64,000 nt of DNA from a virus (taxonomy: Duplodnaviria; Caudoviricetes), in IMG/VR virus record IMGVR_UViG_3300001335_000583, positions 14,362 through 78,361 of that record; one strand, written 5' to 3'. Below are positions 13,707-27,074 of this stretch, piece after piece. The position numbers and the translations under genes were made by a program. Every line of letters starts with the position of its first letter. Position 1 is the first letter of the stretch. Below the pieces are notes generated by a model. It searched no databases. It was not told where the DNA came from and saw only the letters and a list, made by a program, of their open reading frames with translations.

Positions 13707-16700
13707 TTACTTGTTAAACATGGTAAACATGTAATCTTCTTCTGTAATATCCTTTACTTTCCTTGCCTAACCAAGAATAGGCATTAGTCTCATCAGGTTA
13801 ACCCAATATTCATTCTATCCCTTGTACCTGCCTCCCTCTATCTCGTTAAAGATACTAGTGATGTTCAGCAGGTTTATAAGATTATCAGCCTGTTTCACTG
13901 CAGGCATGGGGGTCTAAACCAGGGTCAGCCAGTTTTTAATAAAATCTGTCCATGGAACAGAGACTCCCACTTCCACCTTTAGCCTTTTTAACTGGTATAA
14001 AAGCATCCTTTCTGCCCACTTGCCTTTCCTGTCCTTTTCCGGGCCAGCCAGTGCCAGTAACATTTTTAACACGGCAAATATACCTATCTCTGTCAGGGAT
14101 CTTTTCAGGTTGGCTTTTTCATGAGGATTAAGCTGCTTCCAGTGCGTGGCCATTTCAAACTTAGCCCGCACCAGGTCTTTTACCAGGTTCTGGGTAAATC
14201 TCCAGGCTGTATTGTAATAACCTTCCCTGTATTGACCCAGCTAAGCATCGTAATAAGTACCTGCAAGTCTCCTGCTGAAGTGTCCTACCATCCACTGCCT
14301 GAACTGCATAGCCAGTCTGGCTAATACATACTGGTGTACTGCCCCCTTATCCTCCGCATTAAATGCCCCGTTAAGAGCCTGATTCACCTTACCTATTTTA
14401 AACCTTAACTGGGTAATGGTATCATCGGTAAGTTCACTTCCATCCAGGTTCCTCACTCCCTCTTTAAGCTTTAACCTTCCTCCCAGATTTTTACCATCCA
14501 CGATGTGTTTCTCTACTTCAAATGCTTCAAACAGGGACATGACTTGTCCTCTCCTATCCTTTACCTTGTAGTTATTTAAAAGAGCCAGCATAGTCCTGTT
14601 GTGCAGGTAATGTTCTCCAGCCCTGTTTAAAAAAAATAGAGTACTGTTTCCAAAGATCCTGGCTAGTTTACTTTTATAGTAGTTTTGTCTCCTTAACTCC
14701 GCATAAAAATCCTCAAGGGAATCAAATTTTTCACTCAACAAGGCCAGCTTACTGGATACTTTTGTAGAGTTCAGTTCTGCCAAAGCTTCGGGAATTAAAG
14801 CAAAGTAGTTTTTAGTGCCCACGATAAAGTCTTTGGCAGTGTAATATTCCCCACCAGCAGCTTCTATCAAGGCCTGTACATCTCCCACTATGACGTTGCC
14901 TATACCAGAGAAAAGGTTCACCCCAAGGTTGATCACGCTGGACATGTGTTTCAAAGTATCCCCTGTTTTGGCAGTATTAACACTGGTTCCTTTAATATTT
15001 GTTCCCTCATTTTTATACTTGCCATAGATGACCTGGGTGTAATAGTCATTTAGCCTGGCTCCTATAGCAGTTTTTGCACCTTCTTCTGTATACTTCTTAC
15101 TGAAGGTTTTATTCATAATTTTGAAAAACTCTACCACTTTATGATCTCCAGACATTTGCTGAACCTTTCTCTCTTGCACCAGATCCCTGGTTAATTCAAG
15201 GGCATCTATAATCTTGTTTAGCTAAAAATAGTTCGTAGCCATACCTGAATAGGCAACCAGGGAAGAGGTAAAGTCTGTACTGAGCATATCCATATCCTTT
15301 AAAGGAGAGGTGTAATACACCGGTAATTTCTATACATCTTTTCCTGCAAAATCTCTCATAACAGTCTTGTATTCATCCGTCAGGTTAAAGCCATCTTCTT
15401 CAGTAAGCATGGCTCCAAAGTCTACATCATCCTCCCTGCGCATGAACTTTTCCTTTATATTTTCCACCACGATCTTGGCAGCTTTTTTAGGATCATTCAG
15501 GTTACCCGTAACTGCTTCCATCATGTCCTTTCTAATCTGGACAGCATTATATAACCCTACATATCTTTGAGGCAAGAAAGAGTCCATAGCAGCTTTAATC
15601 CGGATCATATTGTCATAATACTCTCTCTATACGGGGTTGAGTTTACCAATAACCTCTTTTTTGTATAGAACTGGATCTGGAAGTATCTCTACTCTTCCTT
15701 CCTTCTTATCCACAACTACAGCTTTGGTTCTGGAAGCTTCCCAACCCTGCATCCTAACCATGATGGTATACCCATCTGTGGTATTCTTTTTGATCTGTTT
15801 TTTAAACTCTGCCTTCTCTTTCTCGAAGCGAATAAAATCTATATCACTGATGATCCTGCCGGTAAGGTTCCCATTCTCATCTCTTTCATACATGAAGTTG
15901 GTATCTTCACCACTTCTGCTTAACTTGTTGTGGTGGCCCCTAATTTCATACAAGAGATCTTCCAGGACAGCACCCCTGTTTGCATTGGCTGTCTTTACCA
16001 CCTTATCTACCAGAGATAACATGGGGTCAGAAGCATCTCCCAAAGAACTTAACCACCTGTCTGCAATACCTATATCTTTCATGGCCATATCCATGATCAG
16101 TTCCAGGGTAACTTTTTGACCTTTATCCTTTCCTACCTGTATGATCTTATCCTCTCCCCAGTACAGTTTCAAAAAGTTAAAAACCGTGTTAAACCTGTTA
16201 CTTCTATACTGGTTCTATACATCAGAGATAGTCCTGTCCAAATCCGCAGCCAGTGCACTTATTTTAGCGGCATCTTCCGTGGTTAAATCTATCTCTCCCC
16301 TTTGTTGCATCTTATCTATGATGGATAGATTTTTAATGATAGGGGCATACCCATCTGTAAACTCCTTGATACCCCTTAGAATCTGACTCATGCGGGATAT
16401 TTTAGAGAGGTCTGAGTTGGACCTTCCATCCTGTGAGGGATCTGTCAGAGTTTTAAACTGTTGATTCAGGCTGTCTATAACTTCTGTAGCATCTTTAAGA
16501 AAAGATAACAAGCTCAGGTTATACTGCTTCTTATCTGCAGTGTTTTGCAAGTTTTTAACAAGGGCTACCTCTTTGGCAGTAAACTGCTTGTTCTTACTTC
16601 TCAGCTATGCTATTTTAAGTCTCCTGCTAACCAATTCTAAGGCATCTCTAGAGAGTTTCTCCAGGTTGGTGATGTCTTGCCCCACCTTGTATAACTTAGA

Positions 16701-17738
16701 GGCCTTAGTGAGCTAATTTCCATCAAACAGGGGCAAGATAGATTCATCCATAACAGCACTTGCTAACCTGGCAAATCCCTAGTTGGCTTCATTGATAGCT
16801 TCGTCTATATCAGTAACCTGTAACTACCCAAAAATTCTTTTAACCCTGTCCCATAACCTGCCTATAAGATTCTTTCTCTCTTTATTAACACCCTGGTTGA
16901 TTATCTGCCTGGCCAACATTTTACCTGCAGCCTCTTTTTGCATGAGTAAAGTGTTTCCATTATATAGCTTAAAATAAGAATCATACTGTTCTCCCAGTAC
17001 TTCTCTCTGTATTTCCTCTCCCTGTAAAGAATCTACCAACCTTTTAACCAGGGGTTCTCTCATAAGACCTTCTATGATTAAATGACTGAACTCTTCAGGA
17101 AAAGCCTCTTCTCCCCTTTGCCCTTTAGCAATCTGTATGATCTTTCTCAATCCCTCTGCTGTAGTTTCTGCATTTAAAGGATCAAACACGCCATCATGGG
17201 TGGGGTTATTAATAACTTCCGCGTCAAACCCCAACCTTTTCATAATGTTTCTCAGCCTGTTATTCAGGTTATTTTTGAACATTAATTCATTAGGAACTTC
17301 TGAGTTAACGGGAGTTTTGTAATCCACCTGGATACCATACTTTCCTATGTTCTTATGAATAGAAGCTACCAGTGTCGGGTTGTTCTGATTAAAGTCATTT
17401 ACCCTCCCAATGATTTCATCAAAAGAGTTGTACTCCACGGGGTTATTGTTACTGTTAACAGCCCCTATATCTCTTTTCTATGCTAAAAGAGACGTTTTAC
17501 CCTGAACAATATTTTCAATATTCAAAGCTTTATTAAGTGACTCCAGGGTAGGTTCGCCATTTTCATCTCTTTGAATGCCTTGTAAAGTCTCCACATACTC
17601 GGGTATTTGAGTTATAGCCCAAAGGTATTTAGACTCTTCTCTGCTTCCTGTAAAAGAGAGTAAGTCCCGAAATAACTTACTCTCTACTTCTTTTCCACCT
17701 ACCTTCACGGTAGGTATATAAATGCAACTATTTCCCAT
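13707..17738 (-). CDS. Giant virion protein downstream of RNAP (TAG read-through, 1343 aa) with a degenerate zincin-like motif
   Basis: Track ORFs 17478, 16824, 16215, 15627, 15330, 14241 and 13914 share a frame. The gaps I read contain only TAG. Start MGNSCIYIP..ESKLF.DLL, end TAA 13707-13709. Confidence 0.8.
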
Positions 17739-17739
17739 A

Positions 17740-20700
17740 TCAACATATCTTTTCTAATATTTTTTCCAACCTGTTTCTAACTTCTTTATCTGTCTGATGA
17801 CTTAACTCCTGTTGTACCAGCTCTGCATACTTTTGCTTGACCATCTCTTTGTTTCCTTCCTGTTGTATTTGCTTTAACTCAACAGCATCGGTAGGACTGA
17901 GTATATCATTTACCACCCAGTTAAAATCAGCAATTTTCTCCTGATTGGAGTATCCATCCCCTTCCTGACTTTTAGCAGGTATAGCCTCTGCCTCTTCTGT
18001 CTCGAAGATGTAGCTATCTACAGAGGTAACCATATCCTCACTATTGACATTACCATCATACTCCAGGAAGTTGTTTGGATTTCCCAATACACCGCCCTTA
18101 ACCATTTTATAGACTACTTCATCCCTGTTGTTGCTATAGACTTCATATAAATTATCCCTGTACCAGATCATGGGAGTGTATTGAATACCTTCCATATCTT
18201 CCTTGATAATAATGTTTCTAATGCCTGCCCGGGTTTTAGTCACAGGAATATGAATGTAATTAGTGTCATTTGCATGCCTGTGGTTTATGCTGATTTTATT
18301 AGTCTCGGGCAATACAGGAACTAACCTGGGATCTTTTGCATGATTTCTTCTGAACATGTGTAAGAAGTTGGTAAAGTTAAATTCCAGATCCCTGTAATCA
18401 GTATCCCTGATAGCATCAATGTATCCCTGTACAGCAGCTTTAACTTCAGAGGAAGCCAGGTGAGTAAAGGATTTAGGGCTAAAACCAAAACCACTTCTTA
18501 ACACGTTATAGAAGAAAAGATCTATACCTACCTGCCTGGTTTCTGGATTTTCTATCAGGGTAGTCCAGGCATCTTTAATTCTCCCCTGCATATCTGCAGT
18601 AAACCCACCTGTCTTAGCTTCCAGGGTAGGCACAGGCACCCTGTTGTTGCTGGGCACTGTAACAATAATATTGATCAGGTCATTGTCTATAACTCCCTGT
18701 GCTTTCTCTTTAAACTTCAGGGGGAATTTCTTAATCAACCGGTCTCTCTCCTCTTTACTCGTGTTAAATACAGGGGCTTTGGTAATTACCTAACCATTTA
18801 CAAGCTCTTCCGAAGCAGTAGTTAACTTGTATAAAACAAAGTCGTTTACAAGCTTGTTGATGATTTTACTATCTAAGGGAGCTTTAACGGTATCCCTAAG
18901 TGTTTGCAACACCATGGTAAAAGCCGTGTTGTAATGAGGAAAATACTGCTTAAAAAACAGCCTTGAAGCTCCCTGTTCTCCTATGGTAGTAGAGTAAAAA
19001 GCCTTTAGAATGGGAGAATTTTCCAACATGGTTAAGACTTCTCCTGCATCAAAAGAGCCTCCCTCTGCCATATCTTTGATAAACTTCTCGAACCTGTGTT
19101 CCAGTACCAGTGTATCTGCAACTAATGGACCAGGGCTATTACTGGAAGAGTTGAACTTGGTCACAAAGGTGAGATTATTCAAGTCCCTGCTCAGGTTCAA
19201 AAGCCTTTTAAGCAACAGGGCTGTCTGGGCCTGAAAGGTAGTATCCAGCAATCCTTTGGATAACTCTTCTGCCAGAGCCTTTTTGGTAAAAGGTTGTTGA
19301 GTCAATCCCTGTTCCAGATCATCTGCATTTACACTCAACCCCTCTAAAACAGTGTCAATGATATCTTCAGCAGAAGTGTAACCTTCGTTATTTCTCCTGA
19401 AATATTCATCTGTAATTTTTTCAATAATAGGTTGAGTCATAAGCAAAGCTATACTATCTTCATCAAATCCCAATCTGGCTAACACCATAGATGGGCCTGC
19501 AGTAAGGATATTTAAATTCAGATAGTTTAACACGGGATCTTTAACAGCATCTACAGAAGCTGCCAGGAAGCTGGCTATTCTTTTACTGAGAAAATTACCA
19601 TTCTTATCTGCAATAGGGTCTATCTTTGCTCTTTTCGCACTGTTAATCTCTCTTCCGTCAAAGGTAAACTCGTTATCCCCAGGGTAGAGGTACATCTCCT
19701 GCATGGATATAAAACCATGGCTCACGTTGTTATTGGCAAAGATACCAATCAACTTGGCAGCAGTCATGTTCTGTCGGAAAAGATAGGTCTGTGAACTGGG
19801 ATGTAAAATACTCATTTCTGTTCCCTTGCCTTCTACCTTCTTTAATTCATCTAAAGACATCTGGGAGAGCTGTTCATAAAAGTAAGACGGGTTGGATTTT
19901 ACAATGTTGATAATCCTGGCACTCTTTTTTAAAGTATCAAAAGATCCCGGGTTAAACATCTTACTCATGGTATCAGGACGGGTCAGCACTTCCCATTGTA
20001 TGTCAAAAATCCTGTTGTTCCTGCCGGCTTTGTTCATTACCAGGGGATTCCCCTGATCATCTTTTTTGATCTTCTTTTCAGAGAACCTGACCGAGGTGTA
20101 CTTAGTCTTGTTATTATTATAAAAATTATAGATAGCATCTCCCAGGGTACCTTTTTCAAAATCTGTTTTACCCTGTTGCATCTCTGCTATAACTTCATAA
20201 GCCTGTGTTTTGAAAGTATCCCTGTTAACCTATTCTGGTTTATTCTTTAAAATATCTGCTACAAGAATAGTTGCGTTGATTTTTTCTTCTTTATAAAACT
20301 CCTTAACTATAGCATATACTTTATCTATGTCAAAGTCAGAACCAGACAAAAGAGTGATTTCCCTGGGCAACATGATAGATTCTCCACTGGCCCTGGGCAT
20401 GAATCCTTTAATTTTCATGGGAAACATGGAGTACTTATCTTCCGTGGGAATCCTGTATCCAATAGATTTAAGCTATTCTTCATTAAGAATACCTGCTTTT
20501 ACAGCCTCTTCCACGGTCATTAAAGTACCATCCGGCTTTGTTAAAGCCTGTTGCATGGCTTCAGAAGGCATGGGCATGTATACTTCAAAATAGGCTACAG
20601 AGTGCTGATTATTTTTTATATAGTCAGCATAAGCCGCATCTACATTGGTTCCTTCAGGAACTTTTTTAGCAAATTCTACTTTGGTTTTAAGCAGTTTTCC

Positions 20701-23700
20701 TTTAGAATCTCTCCATCTGATCTGTAAATCTTCACTTAACCCAAAGCTGGATAACTGTACCAGGGGTCCCCCAGCTATTTTCTGCTTGTTAATCCTGCTT
20801 TTAATGATGGAATTTATTAGTTGCTGAATCCTAACAGAGTGGATAGGATCACTAAGAGGGATAACAAAATCTCCATTCTCTATAGATACAGCCCTGATCA
20901 GGTCTGCTCCATACCTCTGATCCTTTCTCATGGCATCAATCAGTAGTTTGGATATGGCTTCCCTCTGTTTTACAGGATCAGAATCTTCCAGTTTAAGATC
21001 CTCTACTAAAGTATCAAAACTTTCCTGAATATTATCTGCTATAAGATTTTGGTACTCCTTGATTAAAGGTCTCAATGTTTCATCCTGTACATCACTGATA
21101 GATAAGATCCTGTTCTGCGTACCCATCAAAGACATCTCATCCCTGAAGTGGTCAGGAACTTCCTGCTGTATAGCATAGTCTTTAAAGGGAATGTTATGTA
21201 CAAAATTATTATTGTAGATATCACTTGCATTGGCAGTATCTTCAGAATGGTTTTCATTGTAGTAGGTATTTCTTTCCAACCTCTCTATAATCTCACCCAC
21301 GCTGTTTAAATCATTAACATCAATACTGCCTTGCAACCCGGATTTAACAGCAGATTCAAACTGGACAGTATCTATCCCTTTGCCATTATAGATTCCTTTA
21401 TTCAGGATGGTTCCTTCTTTTTCACCCTCTACAGCTTTTCTTAAAAACTTGTTATCCCTGTAAACCTTGCCATCCCTGACTACTTCCCTTCCATTATAAG
21501 CAGAGCTTTCCATGAATTCAAATATAGCAGTCAGCTTGTTGGGTTTGTTCCCCCCTCTCATAAGGGCATCTGCTAAAATAAGCAAATGTTCACTATTCTT
21601 ATTTTGCACAGGAACCTTGATCCTGCTCATAGCAGAAGCCCCTGTACTTTTACCTATCTGGGAATATACAAAAGGTTTCAAAGGTTGCCATAGTACTCCC
21701 AGATCATCCAGATCAAAGTTTCCCTGGGTGATTCTGTCATAAGCCTCTTCCATGGTACTGTCCCATCTGCCTGCCATACCTGCCTTTTTCCTGTAAGAAG
21801 TGGGAGAAGAATATCCCTGGGCATCTGTCACATTGACCTTTTCAAAAGAGATCAAGATCAAATCCATCATCTTCTTGAATTCATCCTTTTGACCTGCTGG
21901 AATTTGACTCATTCTCTCTTGAAAGACCTGTCGTATGTTCTCGATAATATCTGATTTAATCAGTTCATCCTTGAGATAAATGGTTCTTTCTATGCCATCT
22001 GCAGAATACTTATTTCCCTTGTTATCCACGACAGATGTATTTGATCTTAAACCAGGGGAGTGTACCTGTGCAAACCTCTTTTGAAAATCTGTAATACCAT
22101 CATAGTAAGCCAGATCTGTTACAGACAGCTAAATTATATTGATAGAGGCGAACATATCGTTCCATACATACTCCTCCATGGCTTTGTCTATCTCCTCTTT
22201 GGTATTTCCTACCTGATTCAGGTATTTAAATCGTGTCTTTTCTACATTCTCTTTTTTCTTTGTTTCAGGATCTACAGACAGGACATGATAAGTTTCTGTT
22301 TCATAAAGTCCCAACCCTTCCAAAGCTGCTATCTCCTTGGCAACTTGAGCATCCATATAGGTATAAAGAGACTGCTCCAGGGCCTGGTTTAAAGTACTTT
22401 CAAAGATAGGTTCTGTTTTTAACCCTTGTTCTTTTAAAGCTTGCTCTTCTTGAGATAAAACCCTGTTATCCCCGTTAATTTTAGAGATAATCATCTAACC
22501 TAAAGGAGTCCCTGTTAAAAGTTCCTGGTTTAACCCCGGTAAGAAATTAAACTACATTCCCCTGGATTTAAACCTGAACTGTCCATTTTGAACCAGATCA
22601 GAAAGGTTCGGGGGTTTTCCCTCTTTGAGTTTATCTATAACATCTTGATTAAGGGCAATGTCTTCCTCGCTGATATTGTAGTTCTTAATGGCTTTAAAGT
22701 CCCCTTTGGCTGCCATCTCCAATACAGTTTTGATACGCATGATCTCCTGATCAAATACATTTTTAAGACCGTGTATTATATCCTCTTTGTACTTGGTAGA
22801 AGCGTATCTTTTAAACTTGATGAATTCAGAGGAGGGCTTATCTGACAATATAGGAACCCTGTACCAGGCATATTTTTTATTCTTCTGGTCATAAAAGTAC
22901 TCTCTAAGCATGGACAGGGCGTAAAAAGCAGGGCTTAACTCCTTATAAACAGTCTTGTTAAAAGAGAGTTGTACCTTATGCTATAGTTCCCTTCTTAAAT
23001 TAGGGGTACTGTCTAAAAGTTGTAACCATTCATTTTTCCAGACATTTCCGTCTTTGAAAAATCTGTATTGTCTGAATTCTTTCTGGAGATAATCCTTGAA
23101 TTTATTCTCATTTTTCAGGGAATCACTCAGGTTTCTCAGCAGGCCCCCCATGTAAGAGGGAGTTACAAAAGAGTAGTACATCTTGCCCCCCTCATACGTG
23201 GAGGACTCTATAAAACTCGTTACAAAAGGAGACAGTATGTCTACAATCCTACGATAGTTTTGATAGACATTACCAGCGGTTTCTTCCTTATCCATAGGAT
23301 TATAATCCTTCCTGTTAACATTGTTTAACAGGGTATCTGCTATATGAGTGGCTTGATTTAATAAAGCCTGTACATTGGTTGTACTGATATTTCTTTTCTT
23401 ATGATCTCCCTGCAGGGCATCCTTTAAGATTTTCTGATCTACACGAACTCCCAAATCATTTAAAAGAGATACTATCTTGGGAATATTCTTATCAATGGCT
23501 TTCTTAAAAGACTCGGTAGTTCTGAAATTATCCAGCAAATCTTTATTTATCCCCAAAATCTCTCCCTTTAGGGTCTGTACTTTAACCCTGTTTACCTGCC
23601 CCTTACCTTGTACAATATCTAAGGTCTGGATAAGAGTTTTAACAGCCCCTATCTTGAAATCAGAAACAATATCATCCAGCATCTGTTTAGAGGCCTCTTT

Positions 23701-25611
23701 GGTATTTATAATCTATGTATCAAAAGAGATGCTGCCATCCTGATTCACTCTTTTAACCACGGTGGCATACATGGTAAAATCTTTCCTGAAGTTCTGATAA
23801 AACTGACTTCTCAGGGGCTCCTTTTTAATGGTATCCAGTATAGTGTTAAGCCACGGATTAGAGCCTTTTCTTTCTTCCAGTATACTCTCCATCTCTTCAA
23901 TAGATTCTGCATCTTTAACCCACTCCAGGATACTGTTTACAGCTATTCCTGCATCTACAAAGGTTTTAAAGCCAAATCCATATTTATCCAATACAGGATT
24001 TCCATCCTGATCTATAACTGCCAGAGTTTCAAATACTCTTCGTATCTCACGGCTTAGACTGTTTTTTACAGAGACATGCCTGGCCTCTACTTTAACAGGG
24101 CCCCTGTCTTTATTTTCATTCTCATCAGTTTCATTCTGTTGATGCAGATCTTCAAATTCCAAGGTCTTGATATCTTCTAAATCCTTGGCAGTAACATAAT
24201 CTAAACCCAGTCCTTCCAAAGAGATCAACATGGAGTAACCCACCTCTTGTAAAGCTTGCCAATTTTCAGCAGCTACACTGAGTTTTTGCAAAGCTTCAAA
24301 ATCCTCGATATCAGTTCTGTTTTCAGGACTGTAAAATGTTTCCTTTATATAGTTAAAGAAATCCTGTATCCCTATAGTCTCTATAATCTCTGTCCTGCTC
24401 TTGGTAGTAAAGTTTTCAGGATACTTATCCCCAAAGTAATATTGACTCTTCGCGGGATCTCTTTGCAATTCATTAAGCATGTGAGAGATCTGTTTCATCA
24501 TGTAGTTACCCAGGAAGGACCTCTCTTCTGCAGTCAAGGCTTTGTTGGCTCCATATAAGGAGTTTCCTTGAGCTTCAATATTTTTATCTGTATTTTCTAC
24601 CGACTCTTCCGTTTTAGGAGAAGAAGCAGAGGTAGTTTTTGTATAAACATCTCTAATGGCTTGTTTCCCTTGTTCATTTATCCCTCTGGTACCAATACCA
24701 GCAAAATTTTTAGTTAATGTAGGAGTACTAGTTTCAATAAAGGCGTTGTTTTGCCAGGTGAACCACTTACCTTGAATTTGATCAAATACATATACAGGCT
24801 TATTTTCTGCAATAGCCATGTGTACTGCCCATCCAGTACCTCCATTCACTTTGTTATCCGTGATAGAACTTATAGCAAAAACTGCGTCAGAGTTTTTAAC
24901 CTGCCACCAGTTTCTTCTAAGTAAATTATCTACATATTCTTTAGATGTAGGAAATTTTCTGCCTAAAGTTTTATTAGCAGCATTTAGTTTTTCATCGGCC
25001 TCATTTTTAAGACTAACAGGAATAGCAGTATTACCACTTGGAGTTTTAAATCCTTCAAAATAGTAATGCTTATTATTTACCATTCCAAATTCTTTACCTA
25101 TTTTATCCCACACGGTGTCTGCCCCTATAGCTCCTCCAGAATGATTTGTATAATCTTTTACGGAGTTGTCTTGACCTGTGCTTTGGGATTGTAACGGGCC
25201 AACAGAGTTTGTTCCTAATTTAGGTTCAGCCACTCTTACCAGATATTGCCCAGATGTATTTGACTCATACATGATAACAGCGTCCTTACCAAAGTCCTTG
25301 ATGGCTTCATTCTTTACAGCGGTAGCTACATTTTCACTCAAGGAAGTTTCAGCCAGGTTTTTATAATCTCTTTCCCAGACTGTTTGGGCATCTTTTAAAG
25401 TCTTTTGAGAAGAAAAAAGATTAGCAGTAGGGCTACTTATCTTAAAATAGTTATTTAAATGGGCTATAAAATTCTAATCCTTAGGGTCATAATCCTCCAC
25501 CCCCTTGGTATCATACCACACTTTAATGGCATTCTCCATTATCCCTGAAGAAGCCTTGTATTTATCCTGTAAATTCTTAAAGTCTTCACTACTAGTTACA
25601 ACACAAACCAT
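17740..25611 (-). CDS. Virion-packaged multisubunit-type RNA polymerase (crAss-like; TAG read-through, 2623 aa)
   Basis: ATG 25611; track ORFs 23713, 22981, 22552, 22129, 20473, 20230, 18790 and 17740 are in frame with TAG-only gaps; TGA at 17740. Catalytic GSDFDIDK (DFDIDK at 20320-20337), IGYRIPTEDKYS, DFQKRFAQVHSPG, NNVSHG, DAVKDP. Confidence 0.9.
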
Positions 25612-25730
25612 AGTATTTTATTTTTTCTTGATTATACAATTAATACGCTAAAGTAAGTATTTATCTTTTAATGGGCAATATAATAAGTAGAATCGTTAGG
25701 ATGATGTAACAACCTTATTACTCACGGAAT

Positions 25731-25772
25731 AAAAAAAGGGGCAAGGGAAGATGTAACTCTTCTCCCTGCCCC
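25731..25772 (-). terminator. Intrinsic terminator ending the early operon
   Basis: GC-rich hairpin GGGGCAAGGGAAGA / TCTTCTCCCTGCCCC with an A7 tract on the + strand (U-tract on -). Confidence 0.75.
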
Positions 25773-25870
25773 AAAGGTATTACTGTATTAACCTGTATCG
25801 TGTTTCCTGTAATAGCAGATAATTATAGATTATCTCTTTACCCTGTCAATAGGAGTCAGGTAAGAGGGAT

Positions 25871-26110
25871 TTAATTAATTACTACAGCATTACAATCCAC
25901 TTTATTTATATTTTTTTCACCCATGTACCCTACAATTTCAAAAAAACTATCAATAGAAAGGTCTTCAACTTGGGCTATTTGGGGGTAGAAAAATACTTTA
26001 TTATACTCGTTAGCTCCATCATTACTTGCGTATATAACCGGAAAGTCTAAAATAGCGGGATTTTCCTTAACCATGTTATTTAAAGCATCTAAATAAGATT
26101 TTAATGTCAT
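25871..26110 (-). CDS. Hypothetical protein
   Basis: 79-aa ORF in a tightly packed - strand run. Confidence 0.6.
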   Translation of the reverse strand: MTLKSYLDALNNMVKENPAILDFPVIYASNDGANEYNKVFFYPQIAQVEDLSIDSFFEIVGYMGEKNINKVDCNAVVIN

Positions 26111-26115
26111 AACTT

Positions 26116-26385
26116 TTAATCTACAAGTTCTTTTAACTTTTCTTCCATAAATTTCTCAATCTCATCAAAAAACTCCCCATCCCACTCTCTGTTCTTGTTG
26201 AGTTTTTCAAATTCATCCGTGAGATCTTCTGCCAATTGCCACAGGGCACCCGTCCCATCACTACTTCGTAGCGTTTCAACCACTCCACCTGGATTATTGT
26301 TGATATCCCCAGTCATATAACTAACCACTTCGAAGTGAGTTTCCTGCCAACAGGGGAAACCATTGGGAAAATGTTTTTCTGTCAT
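26116..26385 (-). CDS. Hypothetical phage protein
   Basis: 89-aa ORF; ATGA overlap with the upstream gene. Confidence 0.65.
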   Translation of the reverse strand: MTEKHFPNGFPCWQETHFEVVSYMTGDINNNPGGVVETLRSSDGTGALWQLAEDLTDEFEKLNKNREWDGEFFDEIEKFMEEKLKELVD

Positions 26386-27053
26386 ATTAAATTCCAGTTA
26401 ATTCTTTTGCATTGTACTACTCTATCTGCAGAATATTTCTTATATAATTCATAACCAAGCATAACCCTTTTAATATAGTTATCTCTTAGTTCATCAAACA
26501 TTCCTTCAGGAGCAAGATTTAAAAAGCTTTGAAAGTTCAATAGAGCTTTGCTGGCCTCTTCAATATTCCTTTCCTTATAAGCATCCTCTCCAATACTTAA
26601 AAGTATCTGCTCGAAACTTACTTCACCAAGTTCAATGAACCTTTTCCAAGCACTTGCCCATTGTTCTTTTGGTTTTAAAGGAATACCCAAAGTAATACCA
26701 TTTACACGTACTTCAGCAGTCCCTTCGATGTCTTTAAAATCTACACTTCCTGAGATACTCCAACTGGTACTTCTATCAAATGTAGACATTCCAAACATCT
26801 CTCCTTTAAATACAAAAAACCTTCTTTTATCCCATTGACCATAAGCTCCGGAAGAATCAACATACCAGCTATGTTCATATCCTGTAACTTTAAACACGGA
26901 CCAAGAATGGCTTGTATAGAATTGAATAAATTCTTTACCAATAGCCCATTTACCTATTCTATCGTAGTTATCACTAAGCTCTTTCCAGGTATTATCTTCT
27001 TTTTCTTTTTTCAACTTTTCCAGTTGAGCTTCTAATTTTTGTATATCATTCAT
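26382..27053 (-). CDS. Hypothetical protein
   Basis: 223-aa ORF with ATG and operon spacing. Confidence 0.65.
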   Translation of the reverse strand: MNDIQKLEAQLEKLKKEKEDNTWKELSDNYDRIGKWAIGKEFIQFYTSHSWSVFKVTGYEHSWYVDSSGAYGQWDKRRFFVFKGEMFGMSTFDRSTSWSISGSVDFKDIEGTAEVRVNGITLGIPLKPKEQWASAWKRFIELGEVSFEQILLSIGEDAYKERNIEEASKALLNFQSFLNLAPEGMFDELRDNYIKRVMLGYELYKKYSADRVVQCKRINWNLI

Positions 27054-27074
27054 GAATAATCTTTTGTTAGCCCT

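Noticed and set aside
126-25341. The many separate 60-590 aa ORFs listed by the standard-code track in the late region
   Set aside because: They are in-frame fragments of six genes separated by TAG codons, not independent genes or pseudogenes.
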